Source of the DNA: Phycisphaerae bacterium
GTDB taxonomy: Bacteria; Planctomycetota; Phycisphaerae; UBA1845
Assembly (NCBI GenBank): GCA_963666835.2
Contig: CAXXGO010000006.1
Coordinates: 2,610,493 to 2,674,492, forward strand
Direction of reading: 5' to 3'
Length of the DNA: 64,000 nucleotides
This document shows positions 28,475-38,849 of the stretch, in pieces. The stretch's first letter is position 1, and each line of letters begins with the position of its first letter. A program made the position numbers and the translations under genes. A model generated the notes under the pieces. It was not told where the DNA came from. It was given only the letters and a program-made list of their open reading frames with translations, and ran no database searches.

Positions 28475-29656
28475 GTGGCTAAACGGACTTCCATCCTGTG
28501 CGTTGCTCCTTTCAATAACCCACATATTGTCCCGACCTACGATGAGATCGCCGCCCAGCCGGAGGCGGATGTTACGCGGGTGGCGTACAACCCGCTTCCG
28601 CCCGCTCGGGTTCGTTTGGGCTGGCCGGAGATGGCGGAGGATTCGCCGTATCTGCAGCCGTGGCGGCGAATGAAAGACCGAATTGCGTACTGGAAGGCCT
28701 TGTTGCGTTCGGATGTGGTGATCTTCCCCGGGTTCTTTCATTTCAGGACGCTTCCGCTTCACCACTGGATACGGCGGCTGACCGGCAAGCCTGCGATGTT
28801 GTGGTCGGAGCCGTTCTTATCCAAGTGGCGGGAGAAGCCGAGTAGATACCTCCTGCACGTCTGCCTCAAGAAGCCGTGCGACTCGGAGAAAGTACACTTT
28901 CTCAGCATCGGTCCGCGGGCGGCGAACGACCAGTACGCCACGGGAATCAAGCGCTGGCGTTGTTGGCTGTTCGCCTTCGGGGTTGGGCCGGCGATGCAGC
29001 TCGGAAAGCCGGGGATCAAGAAACCGGACGGCGAAGTCCACATCGTCTATGTCGGTTCTTTGAGAGAGCTCAAGCGGGTGGACCTTCTTCTTGAGGCCTT
29101 GGGAACTCCGCAACTGGTGAACGCGCCGTGGCGGTTGACTTTGGTGGGGGATGGGGATCAACGCGAAAGCCTGAAAGCCACGGCGGATCGCCTCGGCGTA
29201 GCTGACAAGATCACCTTCCTCGGGAACGTTGCTCACGAACGATGCCGGGAGGTTCTCTCCGGAGGCGACATCCTGGTGCTTCCCAGTAGGCGAGATGGCT
29301 GGGGGGCGGTGGTCAACGAGGCCATGGAGTCCGGGTTGGCGGTGATCTGCAGCGACGCCGTCGGCGCCAGCGTTTTGGTCGACCCCGGGGTCACCGGGTT
29401 TGTGTTCCGCAGCGGCGACGGGGAGGGGCTGGCCGGCTACCTCAGGCAGTTGATCGAGGATCCGCAGCTTCTGGCGAAAATGCAGGCGGCGAGCCGTGAG
29501 CGGATCGTCCTTTACCGACCGGCGGAAGCGGCCCGGCGGTTGGTGGCGCTCTGTCGCGGAGCGGCCGGACACGCCCCTATGCCCGAGTACACTGAAGGCC
29601 TCTGCAGCCCGCTGTATCCGGTACGCCGTCCGTACCGCGAACTTGTGAATGAATGA
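28475..29656 (+). CDS. Glycosyltransferase family 4
   Basis: 'VGSLRELKRVD', 'LPSRRDGWGAVVNEAMESGL'. Confidence 0.9.
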   Translation: MAKRTSILCVAPFNNPHIVPTYDEIAAQPEADVTRVAYNPLPPARVRLGWPEMAEDSPYLQPWRRMKDRIAYWKALLRSDVVIFPGFFHFRTLPLHHWIRRLTGKPAMLWSEPFLSKWREKPSRYLLHVCLKKPCDSEKVHFLSIGPRAANDQYATGIKRWRCWLFAFGVGPAMQLGKPGIKKPDGEVHIVYVGSLRELKRVDLLLEALGTPQLVNAPWRLTLVGDGDQRESLKATADRLGVADKITFLGNVAHERCREVLSGGDILVLPSRRDGWGAVVNEAMESGLAVICSDAVGASVLVDPGVTGFVFRSGDGEGLAGYLRQLIEDPQLLAKMQAASRERIVLYRPAEAARRLVALCRGAAGHAPMPEYTEGLCSPLYPVRRPYRELVNE

Positions 29657-29853
29657 GAGGCCCGCACTGGGTCGGCCCATTTCCTACACGGTTGCACCCG
29701 CCTTGGTCTGAGTTTTGCCTGTAAGATGACCGTTCCGCAGTGCGTCTGGCCGGTTTGCCGGCGAACCGAGACTCTGGTCTCGCCGGCTCGGAGGCGTACA
29801 ATGACGGATTCTGAGTTCCAAGTGGTGCAGACCGGACTTCTGATGTGAGGTGA

Positions 29854-31002
29854 TTGACGATGAAGAAGCAGCGATTGTTCACTCCCGGCCCGACGATGGT
29901 CCCCGAAGACGTCTTGTTGGAAATGGCCCAGCCGATGCGGCACCATCGAACGGCGTGGTACCGAGAGATGGGCAAAGAGGTCCATGAGTTGCTCCAGTAT
30001 CTGTTTCAGACCAAGTCCACGTGCCTGACGTTTACCGGCAGCGGGACGTCTGCAATGGAAGGGGTTATCGTGGGGTGCTGCCCGCCCGGGCACAAGGCGT
30101 TGGTGTTCCGAAACGGCAAGTTCGCAGAACGTTGGGCGAAGGTGTGCAGCACGTTCAATATCGAGCACACGACCGTTGACGTTAAATGGGGACGAGGGAT
30201 CAGGCCGGAAGACGTGAAGAAAGAGCTTGATGCCGACCCCAAGATAGACACCGTAATCGTGGTACACAGCGAAACGTCTACCACCGCTCTGAGTGACGTC
30301 GAGGGTATCGCGAAGGTGACGCGCGAGCGCGGGGCGTTGTTGCTGGTGGATGGAATCACGGCCGTGGGTGCAATTCCCGTCAAGATGGACGACTGGGGAA
30401 TCGATGCCTATGTCACCGGATCCCAGAAGGCGATGATGCTCCCGCCGGGGTTGGGTTTTGCGGCGGTTGGCGATCGAGCCTGGGAGCGGATTGATTCCGG
30501 GAAGATGCCGACCTTGTACAACGACCTGAAAGCCTATCGCAAATCGCTCGATACGTTCGACGCTCCCTATACGCCGGCGGTTTCGCTGGTATGCGGCACT
30601 TTGTACGTGCTCCGCGGCTTGAAGGAGCGTACGTTGGAGGCGGTGTGGGCGGAGACTTCCATGTTGGCCCGCGGGACGCGTGCTGCGGCGAAAGCGCTGG
30701 GATTGAAGGTCTATGCCGAGGATCCGGTCGATTCCGTTACGGCGATGGTCGTCCCGGACGGGGTGGATGAGGGCGTGTTGCGTAAGACTCTACTGGAGAA
30801 GTACGGATTCCAGGTGGCCGGCGGGCAGGGCGAGGTCAAGGGCAAGATCATCCGTTTCTCGCACATGGGCTACGTCGACATGTTCGATACGATTGGGGTG
30901 ATCGCCGCGCTGGAGATGGCTTTGAAGGCTCAAGGCTACGACGTGAAGCTCGGAGCCGGAGTTGCGGCGGCCCAGGCGGTGTTTGCTGACGGGGCAGCGT
31001 AG
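29854..31002 (+). CDS. Class V PLP aminotransferase (alanine-glyoxylate / serine-pyruvate type)
   Basis: 'LFTPGPT', 'GSGTSAME', 'HSETST', 'TGSQKAMMLPPGL'. Confidence 0.92.
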   Translation: MTMKKQRLFTPGPTMVPEDVLLEMAQPMRHHRTAWYREMGKEVHELLQYLFQTKSTCLTFTGSGTSAMEGVIVGCCPPGHKALVFRNGKFAERWAKVCSTFNIEHTTVDVKWGRGIRPEDVKKELDADPKIDTVIVVHSETSTTALSDVEGIAKVTRERGALLLVDGITAVGAIPVKMDDWGIDAYVTGSQKAMMLPPGLGFAAVGDRAWERIDSGKMPTLYNDLKAYRKSLDTFDAPYTPAVSLVCGTLYVLRGLKERTLEAVWAETSMLARGTRAAAKALGLKVYAEDPVDSVTAMVVPDGVDEGVLRKTLLEKYGFQVAGGQGEVKGKIIRFSHMGYVDMFDTIGVIAALEMALKAQGYDVKLGAGVAAAQAVFADGAA

Positions 31003-31224
31003 TCCCTCGATTCCCGTTTAATCGACGAACGTCGGAAAAGTTGCGCCGGTATTGGCCGCAGGTTGCCTGTACGCCAGGCCGGTTGCGGAGTGACCTGCTG
31101 CCTAGACGGACTCTGTGCCGATAAGAGACTATCGTCTTTCGGGAACAGCGCGGGACGGCTTGGTCCATCGGAACAAGGCCGTTTCCGGGGGTGTTCGTGT
31201 GGCGTAGAGGCAGGTTGAACGTCA

Positions 31225-31842
31225 GTGTTTCGTCCGTTGAGATTCTGTGGGGTGCTGCTTGTGGGCGTCGCGTCGTGCGTCTCGCCCGGTGAGCGCGCTC
31301 GGTGTGTCAAGGACCTCGAAGCGGCGCGCCGGAGTAACGTCGAGCTGCAACGGGTTGTTGCGGAGCGGGAGGCGACCGTTGCGGCATTGCACCGGCGTAT
31401 CCAATATCTGCAGGGGTTCGGTCCGGACCGTCCGGCCGATCTCTTCAGCCCGCATAAGATCGAAATCGTCAGCCGGTCGGGCGGTTCCGACTTCGATGGC
31501 GTGCCGGGTGACGATGGGGTCACCGTGTACGTGCGGCTTCGCGATGCCGACGGTGATATCGTCAAAGCTCCGGGACGGATTACGGTTCAGCTCTTGGACA
31601 ATACGGAGCTGGATGCACCGAAGGTTCTGGGTATCTATCGTTTCGACGATGTTGACCGTCTCCGCCAGGCTTGGTACGGGAGGTTCGGGACTCAACACTA
31701 CACGTTGCCGTGTCCGTTCCCGGCGGGGAGCAAACCGCCGGAGCGGGTGGACGCGAAAGTAGAGTTTGTTGATTATCTGACCGGTCGAACATTGACTGCC
31801 GGAGAGGAGCTTGCGATCGCACTCTCGGGCAGAGATGGTTGA
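31225..31842 (+). CDS. Hypothetical lipoprotein with coiled coil
   Basis: Lipobox-like 'VGVASC'; globular C-terminus 'D.DG.PGDDG..VY'. Confidence 0.65.
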   Translation: MFRPLRFCGVLLVGVASCVSPGERARCVKDLEAARRSNVELQRVVAEREATVAALHRRIQYLQGFGPDRPADLFSPHKIEIVSRSGGSDFDGVPGDDGVTVYVRLRDADGDIVKAPGRITVQLLDNTELDAPKVLGIYRFDDVDRLRQAWYGRFGTQHYTLPCPFPAGSKPPERVDAKVEFVDYLTGRTLTAGEELAIALSGRDG

Positions 31843-31899
31843 CGCGGCAAAGGTTGTTCGCCTCACCACAGTGAGGGAGCGTTGTGACGGGAGTCCGTC

Positions 31900-32258
31900 A
31901 TGTCTGAGCACGAAAATAAGAGCGAAGCGACTGGATTCGACGAGGGTGGTGCGGCTACCGCGACGGCCCCGGTCAAGGAACCGAACTTTGTGCTCTACAG
32001 CCGAAACGTAAGCCGAAGAGACTGCCGCCGTACCGAGTGCTTCTCCACAATGATGACGTGAACACGTTCGAGCACGTGATTCGCTCGATTGTGAGACTTA
32101 CCACTATCGGTATGGAGGAAGCGGTCCTGAAGACTCTTGAGGCCCACGAGTCCGGTGTTGCGCTTCTGCTGGTTACCCATCAGGAACGCGCCGAACTGTA
32201 TGTTGAGCAGTTCATGTCCGTTGGGATCGGGGTCTCGATGGAGCCGGCCGACGGGTAA
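31900..32258 (+). pseudogene. clpS: ClpS adaptor with a frameshift between the N-terminal extension and the core (~31980-31998)
   Basis: Core 'PPYRVLLHNDDVNTFEHV...EAH..GVA' is in one frame, which is closed by TAA at 31917; ATG 31900 with GGGAG RBS (MSEHENK..ATATAPVKE) is in another frame. Confidence 0.7.
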
Positions 32259-32474
32259 CGCAGGTTTTAAGCCTGCACCACACGTAACGCAGGCTTAAAG
32301 CCTGCACCACGAACAGCGCAGGCTTTAAGCCCGCCCTACCGGCAGCGCAAGCTACGAGCTCGGATTATTCACCCGAGTGAAGAAGAAGCCGCAAACCAAC
32401 GTAGCGCCAGGGCTTGTCCCTGGCGTCGAAGCGCGCTGTGTCTCAATGCCGTCACCCACAAGGGATGACGCTAC
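32256..32474. repeat. Cluster of short palindromic REP-like repeats between convergent genes
   Basis: Three GCAGG(C/T)TT(T/A)AAGCC(T/C)GC palindromes, then a GTAGCGCC...GACGCTAC element. Confidence 0.65.
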
Positions 32475-32501
32475 ATCACCATACACGCATTTGTGCGAAT
32501 G

Positions 32502-33344
32502 TCATGGATGATCCGGGCTCGGTCTCCTCTGCCCGGGGGGCCTGCCCAGCAACTCATCAATCCGATCTGCCGGGTCCGAGGCTCGTAGGAGTGATTCTCC
32601 GACCAACATGGCACAGGCTCCGGCTTCTATGACTTGCTCTACATCCCGGCGGGTGGCGATTCCGCTTTCAGTTACGAACGGAACCCGCTCCGGCAGCAGA
32701 GCGGCCAGCCGTGAGGTGGTTGCGATGTCGGTGTGTTGTACGGACAGGTCCCGGTTATTGATGCCGAGGATGTACCCGTCGGTGCCGGGGGTGCCCAACG
32801 TCTCAAGGACCGTTCGGAGGGTCGTTGCCGAGTGAACTTCAACCAGGCTCGTCAAACCCAACTGCCGGCAGATCCGGTGGAGTAGCGTGATTCGATGCGA
32901 ATCGAGGATCTCGGCAATCAGGAGCACCGCGTCCGCCCCGGCGGCTCGCGATTCGTACACCTGGTACTCGTCAATGATGAAATCCTTCCGGAGTATCGGC
33001 AGGGGGATCCGCCGTTTTACTCTACCCAGGTACTCCAGCCGTCCGGCGAAATACTCTTCGTCGGTCAGAACGCTGACGGCTGCGGCGCCGGCCCGGTGGT
33101 ACGTGGTGGCAATCCTCTCGGGGTCGAAGTCAACCACGATTGTTCCCGCGGACGGCGACGCCTTCTTCACTTCCGCGATAAGCTGAATGCCGCAGACGGA
33201 TTCCGCCCGGATCGCCCCGAAGAAATCCCGAGCGGGTTCCGATCGCGCGATGCGCTCTTGAAGCTCGGAGACCGGCAAACGATGTTGTGCTTTCTCGATC
33301 TCCCGGTGTTTGGTCTCGACTATCCGGTCCAGTATAGTGCTCAC
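32502..33344 (-). CDS. trpC: Indole-3-glycerol phosphate synthase
   Basis: 'IAEVKKASPS.G', 'SVLTD..YF.G', 'LRKDFI', 'GINNRDL', 'ESGI'. Confidence 0.96.
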   Translation of the reverse strand: MSTILDRIVETKHREIEKAQHRLPVSELQERIARSEPARDFFGAIRAESVCGIQLIAEVKKASPSAGTIVVDFDPERIATTYHRAGAAAVSVLTDEEYFAGRLEYLGRVKRRIPLPILRKDFIIDEYQVYESRAAGADAVLLIAEILDSHRITLLHRICRQLGLTSLVEVHSATTLRTVLETLGTPGTDGYILGINNRDLSVQHTDIATTSRLAALLPERVPFVTESGIATRRDVEQVIEAGACAMLVGESLLRASDPADRIDELLGRPPGQRRPSPDHP

Positions 33345-33346
33345 CG

Positions 33347-34282
33347 ATGGACTCCATCGTTGTCATTGCGGCCCACCCCATTCTAGCGGAGTCTTGCGCG
33401 GCCGTCCCCGGTGCCGCAACAGGTCGTTCGGCGGATTACTGGTTGTTGACGATCGACCTTGTTCTGTTCGGATTGGCTTCGGTGGGCGTGCTGGGGGCTG
33501 CGGTGTGGTGGATTCTGCATTCCGGGCGCGATCCTCTTCGAGATTGCCCTCCTCGTCCCAACCGGCTGCGCGAGGATGCTCTGGCGGCGGCGATGTTGGT
33601 TTACCTCGTGGCGGCCTTGGCTTTTGGTGGCTTGGCCCGAACGTTATCGGGAGAGGACGGAACAGGCTTGGAGAGTGTCCTGGCCGGGACCGGAGCGCAG
33701 ATTGCCGGAGCGGTGATTTGTCTTGCGGTAGCCGCGCAGCGATTCGACGGCGGAGTAGGGCGGTTCGTCGCCGGTTCGGGCCGGGTCCGGGGGGGGATGC
33801 CCTTGCGGCAGGTGGTTGCCGTTACGGTCGTTGCCCTGGCGATGTGCCCGGTTGTCTTGGCGGGGACGGTCAAGCTGGTTCGCTTCTTTGCTCCGGCCCA
33901 TGAGTTCCCTCTGCACCCGACGATAGACGTTTTGAGTGAGGGCGACACGTCCGCCGCGGGTGTGTTGGCCTTGTGGTTCGGGGCGGTTGTCGTAGCTCCT
34001 ATTGCAGAGGAGGCGTTCTTCCGAGGACTGCTCCAGACCTGGCTCGTGAACACGTTGCAGAACAGATGGGTGGCCGTGATAGCGGCGGCGCTGGTGTTTG
34101 CGGCGATGCACGCATCGCAGCCACAGGCGATCCCCGCCCTGGTTCTGCTGGCCGTGATTATGGGTTACGCCTACGAGCGTTCGGGAGCCCTGCTCCCGGC
34201 CATTCTGATACACGCGGTATTCAATCTGAAGACCCTGGTATGGCACACGCTGGGAGCGTTCCCCCCGGGCGGAGCATCGTGA
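33347..34282 (+). CDS. CPBP (CAAX/Abi) family intramembrane metalloprotease
   Basis: 'APIAEEAFFRG', 'FAAMH', 'HAVFN'; the true start may be further downstream. Confidence 0.88.
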   Translation: MDSIVVIAAHPILAESCAAVPGAATGRSADYWLLTIDLVLFGLASVGVLGAAVWWILHSGRDPLRDCPPRPNRLREDALAAAMLVYLVAALAFGGLARTLSGEDGTGLESVLAGTGAQIAGAVICLAVAAQRFDGGVGRFVAGSGRVRGGMPLRQVVAVTVVALAMCPVVLAGTVKLVRFFAPAHEFPLHPTIDVLSEGDTSAAGVLALWFGAVVVAPIAEEAFFRGLLQTWLVNTLQNRWVAVIAAALVFAAMHASQPQAIPALVLLAVIMGYAYERSGALLPAILIHAVFNLKTLVWHTLGAFPPGGAS

Positions 34283-34318
34283 AGATGGGCCATGGTTGCA
34301 GGTTAGCGCCGAGCTTGG

Positions 34319-34747
34319 CTATCTCTCAACGGTGATGGACCGGTTGTCGGCCTCGTCTTTTTCCGTCATAGAGTAGGTGCCGTCCTGCCGCTTGTGGTTG
34401 ACGTTCAGCTTCTGCAGATAGAGATTGTGTACGTCCTCGGCGTTAAGGCCCAGGCACTGCGCCATGCTGATCCAGAAGAACAGCAGATCGGTAACCTCGA
34501 CGTGGGCGTTTTGGAGGTCGTGGATCGAGAACCGCTTGCCGTTCTGCGCCTCGGTGCACCAGTGCTTCCAGAACGTACAGTCGCGTAGTTCTTCGAGCTC
34601 ATTGCTGGCGGCGATAATGTAGTCATTGAGCCACCTTCCGGCGGTGGCGGGGTCGAAGTTCTCGCGGAGAGATCGCGTATCGTACCCGATTCGCTTGTTC
34701 AGATCGGCCTGTCTGTCAAACATGTCCTTGAGCATATCATCTGCCAC
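34319..34747 (-). CDS. Dimeric (all-alpha) dUTPase family protein
   Basis: 'ELEEL..WKHW', 'VEVTDLLFF', 'Y..KL.VN..RQD..Y'; GTG start with GGAG. Confidence 0.8.
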   Translation of the reverse strand: MADDMLKDMFDRQADLNKRIGYDTRSLRENFDPATAGRWLNDYIIAASNELEELRDCTFWKHWCTEAQNGKRFSIHDLQNAHVEVTDLLFFWISMAQCLGLNAEDVHNLYLQKLNVNHKRQDGTYSMTEKDEADNRSITVER

Positions 34748-34871
34748 GACGGACTCCTCCACGAGATCGAGCCGGATTGCTGCGGAACCCTCCACGCACA
34801 TCCCAACTCTAGCCGAATAGGGCCGAACTGGCTAGCGTCGTAATCCAGATGCCGGTGGGGCGGGCGTTGTT

Positions 34872-35747
34872 CTAGTTGGTAAGGTGTTCTTTGATTTTGC
34901 GGAGGGCCTCGCCTTCGATCTGGCGGACTCGTTCACGCGTCAGGTTGATCTTCTTGCCGATCTCCTTCAGCGTCAACGGCTCGGATCCGTCCAGCCCATA
35001 GCGGAGACGGAGGATCTTCGCTTCGCGTTCGTCGAGATCGTTAAGCAAGACGGCGACCTTCATCATCTCGGATTCGTTGAGCAAGGCCTCTTCCGGTGGG
35101 GGGGTCTTCTCGTCGGGTAGACCCTCAGTAAGTGCCTGCCCTGTTGCTTCGTCAGAGTCCTGAGTGGGCGTGGACACGGCTTTTACGGCGCTGCGGATGT
35201 GGTTGACCTTGGCCTCAGTCATGTCGAGCTTGTCGGCCAGCTCCTTGGTGGACGGAGTCCTTCCTTCGGCCTCGATGAACTGCTCGCGGGCTTCACGGAA
35301 CCGTGAGATCATCTCCACCATGTAAGCGGGGATGTGGACCGGTTTGTCGCTGTTGATCAGGCTCCGTTTGATGGCTTGCCTGATCCACCACGAGGCGTAC
35401 GTGCTGAACCGCGTGTTCTGGTCCGGGTCGAACCCCTCGACGGCGCGAATCAGCCCGAGGTTGCCCTCGTTGATGAGGTCGTTAATGGGGATACCGCGCT
35501 TCGCGTATTTCTTGGCGATATTGACGACGAGGCGCAGGTTGGCCTTGACCATCCGCTCCCGCGCCTCGGCGGCACCCAGCTCGATCTCCTCGCGCTCGGC
35601 GAGAGAGACTTCGGCATTAGCGAACCGCTCGGCGACCTGTTGCCCGGCGCGAACCAACTCCGCCAAAGCTCGCTCCTCTTCCGAGGTCAGAAGAGCGGCT
35701 TCATTAATCTGGCGAAGATACGCCTGTAGGCCAGTATCAACAGCGAT
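34872..35747 (-). CDS. Sigma-70 family RNA polymerase sigma factor (RpoD/RpoS-like, no region 1.1); probable ATC start
   Basis: Region 1.2 '[19 protein letters not shown]'; '[12 protein letters not shown]', '[10 protein letters not shown]', '[14 protein letters not shown]', 'TRERVRQIE'. Confidence 0.92.
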   Translation of the reverse strand: MAVDTGLQAYLRQINEAALLTSEEERALAELVRAGQQVAERFANAEVSLAEREEIELGAAEARERMVKANLRLVVNIAKKYAKRGIPINDLINEGNLGLIRAVEGFDPDQNTRFSTYASWWIRQAIKRSLINSDKPVHIPAYMVEMISRFREAREQFIEAEGRTPSTKELADKLDMTEAKVNHIRSAVKAVSTPTQDSDEATGQALTEGLPDEKTPPPEEALLNESEMMKVAVLLNDLDEREAKILRLRYGLDGSEPLTLKEIGKKINLTRERVRQIEGEALRKIKEHLTN

Positions 35748-35806
35748 GGCGATGCCCTCCCCGTAATCAACCGGTCCGGGGCACCGTCGTTGTTGCCCAC
35801 CCGCGA

Positions 35807-37756
35807 TTACGGCGTTTCAGGTTCAGTCTGGTCCTCACCACCCGACTCCGGCTTCTCCGTTGCGGGTGGAGTTGCATCCGAATCAACGCTGAGGTCCGCA
35901 CTATCCGCCGTGTTCTGCTCGCTGTCGGCGACCTCTTCAGTCGCCGCAGTTTCTGCAGGGTGTTCACCGACGACCGTTGGGGCTATCGGCGGCGGAGAGA
36001 TGATCGACATCGGATCGATTCGGTCGGTAGTGGTCTCTCCGGACCCATGGAGACCGCCACGGCGCGGCTTGTACTTCGCCTCCATTCCCGACTCGGCATC
36101 TTGTTCCGCCGACCATTCGGCACGTTTCTTAGAGAGCCCGATCTTACGTTCGTCCGGATCTACCCGGAGGATCTTGACCTGCAGCTTATCGCCGATCTTA
36201 ACCTCCGAATGCGGATCCTCGACCTTATGATCGGCTAATTCACTGACGTGCAATAGTCCTTCGAGGTTCTCCTCCAACTCGACGAACACCCCGAAGTTAG
36301 TGATCTTGGTGACGGTGCCCTCAACAATCTGTCCGGGAATGTAATTCTCGAGCACTGCCCGAGCCCACGGGTCCTCGTGAAGCTGCTTAAGGCCCAGGGC
36401 GATACGCTGCTTGTCCTGGTCGACATTGAGGACCACGCAGTCGATGACCTCGCCCTTCTTGAGAATTTCGGACGGGTGATTGACCTTCTTGGTCCAACTC
36501 ATATCGGACACGTGGAGCAGCCCGTCGATGCCCTCCTCGATTTCGACGAAAGCCCCATAATTGGTCAGGTTGCGGACCCGCCCGGAAATCCGCGTGTTGG
36601 GCGGGTACTTCTCGGCAACGTGCATCCACGGGTTTTCCTGGGTCTGCTTGATCCCCAGGGAGATCTCCTGCTTGTCCTTGTTCACGTCCAGGACCACGAC
36701 GTCGATCATGTCGCCGATACCCAAGACTTCCGACGGATGGTTGATACGGCGGGTCCAGCTCATTTCGCTGATATGCACGAGGCCTTCGACCCCGGCTTCG
36801 AGCTTCACGAACGCCCCGTAGTTCATGATGTTGACGACCTCGCCCCGGAGGCGGCTGTCGGCCGGGTAGCGTTGTTCGACCTCTTCCCACGGGTTGATCT
36901 GGAGCTGCTTCAGACCGAGCGCGATCTTCTCTCTTTCGCGGTCGATATTGAGGACCTTGACCTCGATTTCCTCGTCGATCTTCACTACTTCCGAGGGATG
37001 CCCCACGCGGTCCCAACTCATGTCCGTAATGTGGAGCAGTCCGTCGATCCCGCCGAGATCCACGAACGCGCCGAAATCAGCGATGTTCTTGACCGTGCCG
37101 CGGCGAATCTGCCCGACCTCGAGTTCGGACATCAGCGCTTCTTTCGCTGCGGTGCGCTCTTCGTCAATGAGCTTGCGGCGCGAGATCACAATGTTGCGCC
37201 GGTCGGTGTCGATCTTGAGAATCTTGGCCCGGATCGTCTTTCCAATGAACTCGCCAATGTCACCCGGCCGGCGAATGTCGACCTGAGAGGCGGGCAGGAA
37301 TACCGGATATCCGATGTCGACGAGCAGCCCGCCCTTGATCTTCCGCATTACGCGTCCATCTACGACGTCACCCTCTTCTTTGGTCTGGACGATCCGCTGC
37401 CAATTGAGCAGGCGATCGGCCTTCCGCTTGGAGAGCACGATGTGCCCGCTGTCGGACTCGACGTTATCGAGCCAAACCTGCACCTCATCGCCAAGGTCGA
37501 TTGAGCTGACGTCGTCCCACTCATTGGCGGGAATCAAACCCTCGCTCTTAAGGCCGACGTCTACCACGACATCGTCACCCGCACGGGCGACGATGCGCCC
37601 TGCGAGGATCGTCCCGGGTTTCAATTCGTCTTCGCGCTGGTCCATCATGCCGCTGATGGCGGCCTCGCTATCGGCGTCCGCGAATAATGCGGCCACTTCG
37701 GCCTCTAGCCCGGGTCCTTGATCGTCCAACTCGCTGATGAGGTTCTGGTCTACCAT
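35807..37756 (-). CDS. rpsA: 30S ribosomal protein S1
   Basis: Six S1 repeats ('[21 protein letters not shown]' etc.) and an acidic tail. Confidence 0.97.
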   Translation of the reverse strand: MVDQNLISELDDQGPGLEAEVAALFADADSEAAISGMMDQREDELKPGTILAGRIVARAGDDVVVDVGLKSEGLIPANEWDDVSSIDLGDEVQVWLDNVESDSGHIVLSKRKADRLLNWQRIVQTKEEGDVVDGRVMRKIKGGLLVDIGYPVFLPASQVDIRRPGDIGEFIGKTIRAKILKIDTDRRNIVISRRKLIDEERTAAKEALMSELEVGQIRRGTVKNIADFGAFVDLGGIDGLLHITDMSWDRVGHPSEVVKIDEEIEVKVLNIDREREKIALGLKQLQINPWEEVEQRYPADSRLRGEVVNIMNYGAFVKLEAGVEGLVHISEMSWTRRINHPSEVLGIGDMIDVVVLDVNKDKQEISLGIKQTQENPWMHVAEKYPPNTRISGRVRNLTNYGAFVEIEEGIDGLLHVSDMSWTKKVNHPSEILKKGEVIDCVVLNVDQDKQRIALGLKQLHEDPWARAVLENYIPGQIVEGTVTKITNFGVFVELEENLEGLLHVSELADHKVEDPHSEVKIGDKLQVKILRVDPDERKIGLSKKRAEWSAEQDAESGMEAKYKPRRGGLHGSGETTTDRIDPMSIISPPPIAPTVVGEHPAETAATEEVADSEQNTADSADLSVDSDATPPATEKPESGGEDQTEPETP

Positions 37757-38152
37757 AGGTCTGTGACTCTACCCAAACGGCCGCCTTCTCCTCCCGGACA
37801 AGCCCGTCTATCGGCGGAACTTGCCGGGTTGCGAAACCGGCCCCACGAACGTGAGTATCCAATATCCACCACTTGCGGACGCGAGCCGACTCGCATCTCC
37901 CTCGCAGGTGACGGTACGACAACGTGAGTATACCTCGGACGCCGGCGACTCGCCATTTGAGTTCCACCGCGAATCCGCCGGCCTCGGGATTCGCAATCCG
38001 CCAGCGCGGTGCGCCACGCGCCCGCCTCGGCAGGCCGCAACCGCCTTGGCCTCTTCTCGACACCGATACCACCGCCAGTGCCGATTCCTCCGAGCACAGA
38101 TTGGCATGGTTTCATGGGGGACTACGAAAGGTTCGAGACTCAAGAAAGGGTG

Positions 38153-38290
38153 CTAGCACACAGTGAGCCGATGCCGGCCCTGCCTCCGTTTCCGGTTTAG
38201 CAACTTGCGTCCATTGTGAGTCCGCATTCGGGCGCGGAATCCTTGCTTTCGTGCTCGCTTGATCTTGCTGTTTCGTCTTGGGTAATGCAT
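38153..38290 (-). CDS. rpmH: 50S ribosomal protein L34
   Basis: MHYPRRNSKIKRARKQGFRARMRTHNGRKLLNRKRRQGRHRL; GGAG RBS. Confidence 0.95.
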   Translation of the reverse strand: MHYPRRNSKIKRARKQGFRARMRTHNGRKLLNRKRRQGRHRLTVC

Positions 38291-38849
38291 CCGCCATGCA
38301 CTCCGAGTTCTTGCGTCACCAGCCTTCCGAGAGGCTGTACAGTAATACACCACTTTGGGCCGAGCGGGGTAGTATAGCGTAGCCGTTGCAGGTGTACAAG
38401 CCCGCCGGACGTTGGCTGTGCAGATTTTCTCACGACAATCCAGCAGGCGAGCGGCTCAAGTTGTCTCGGTCGGCTCGGATCGGTTCCCTCCACCGCTGTG
38501 GCTTGGGCCAGCCGGTGCTTGCCCGGCGATTTCATGGGGCTGCCGGCGAGTTGTTGGGTGGATCCGTACAAGGGCCGTGGCCTGGTGGATCGGCGACGGC
38601 GGCCGTTGTTGAATCCGCGCGTCATCGCCCTCGAGGTTCCCTGGATTCCACGGGGCCGCCTCGACGTGAACTTGACCCTGAAAAGCGCCGATACTATCAT
38701 TGGTCTGTTGTACTAGGGGGACATGTCGGCGGCATTATCGGCTGCCGAGGTTGTCCCCGCAGGGATTGCCGGCCGTCCGCGAAAGTTACGGAACGGGATG
38801 ACAGTATTCCGGAACGTGGCTTTCGCAGGCGGCTTGCCGGGACAGAGTT

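Noticed and set aside
38112..38297. 61-aa ORF from the ORF track
   Set aside because: It is an alternative frame overlapping the real rpmH (38153-38290).
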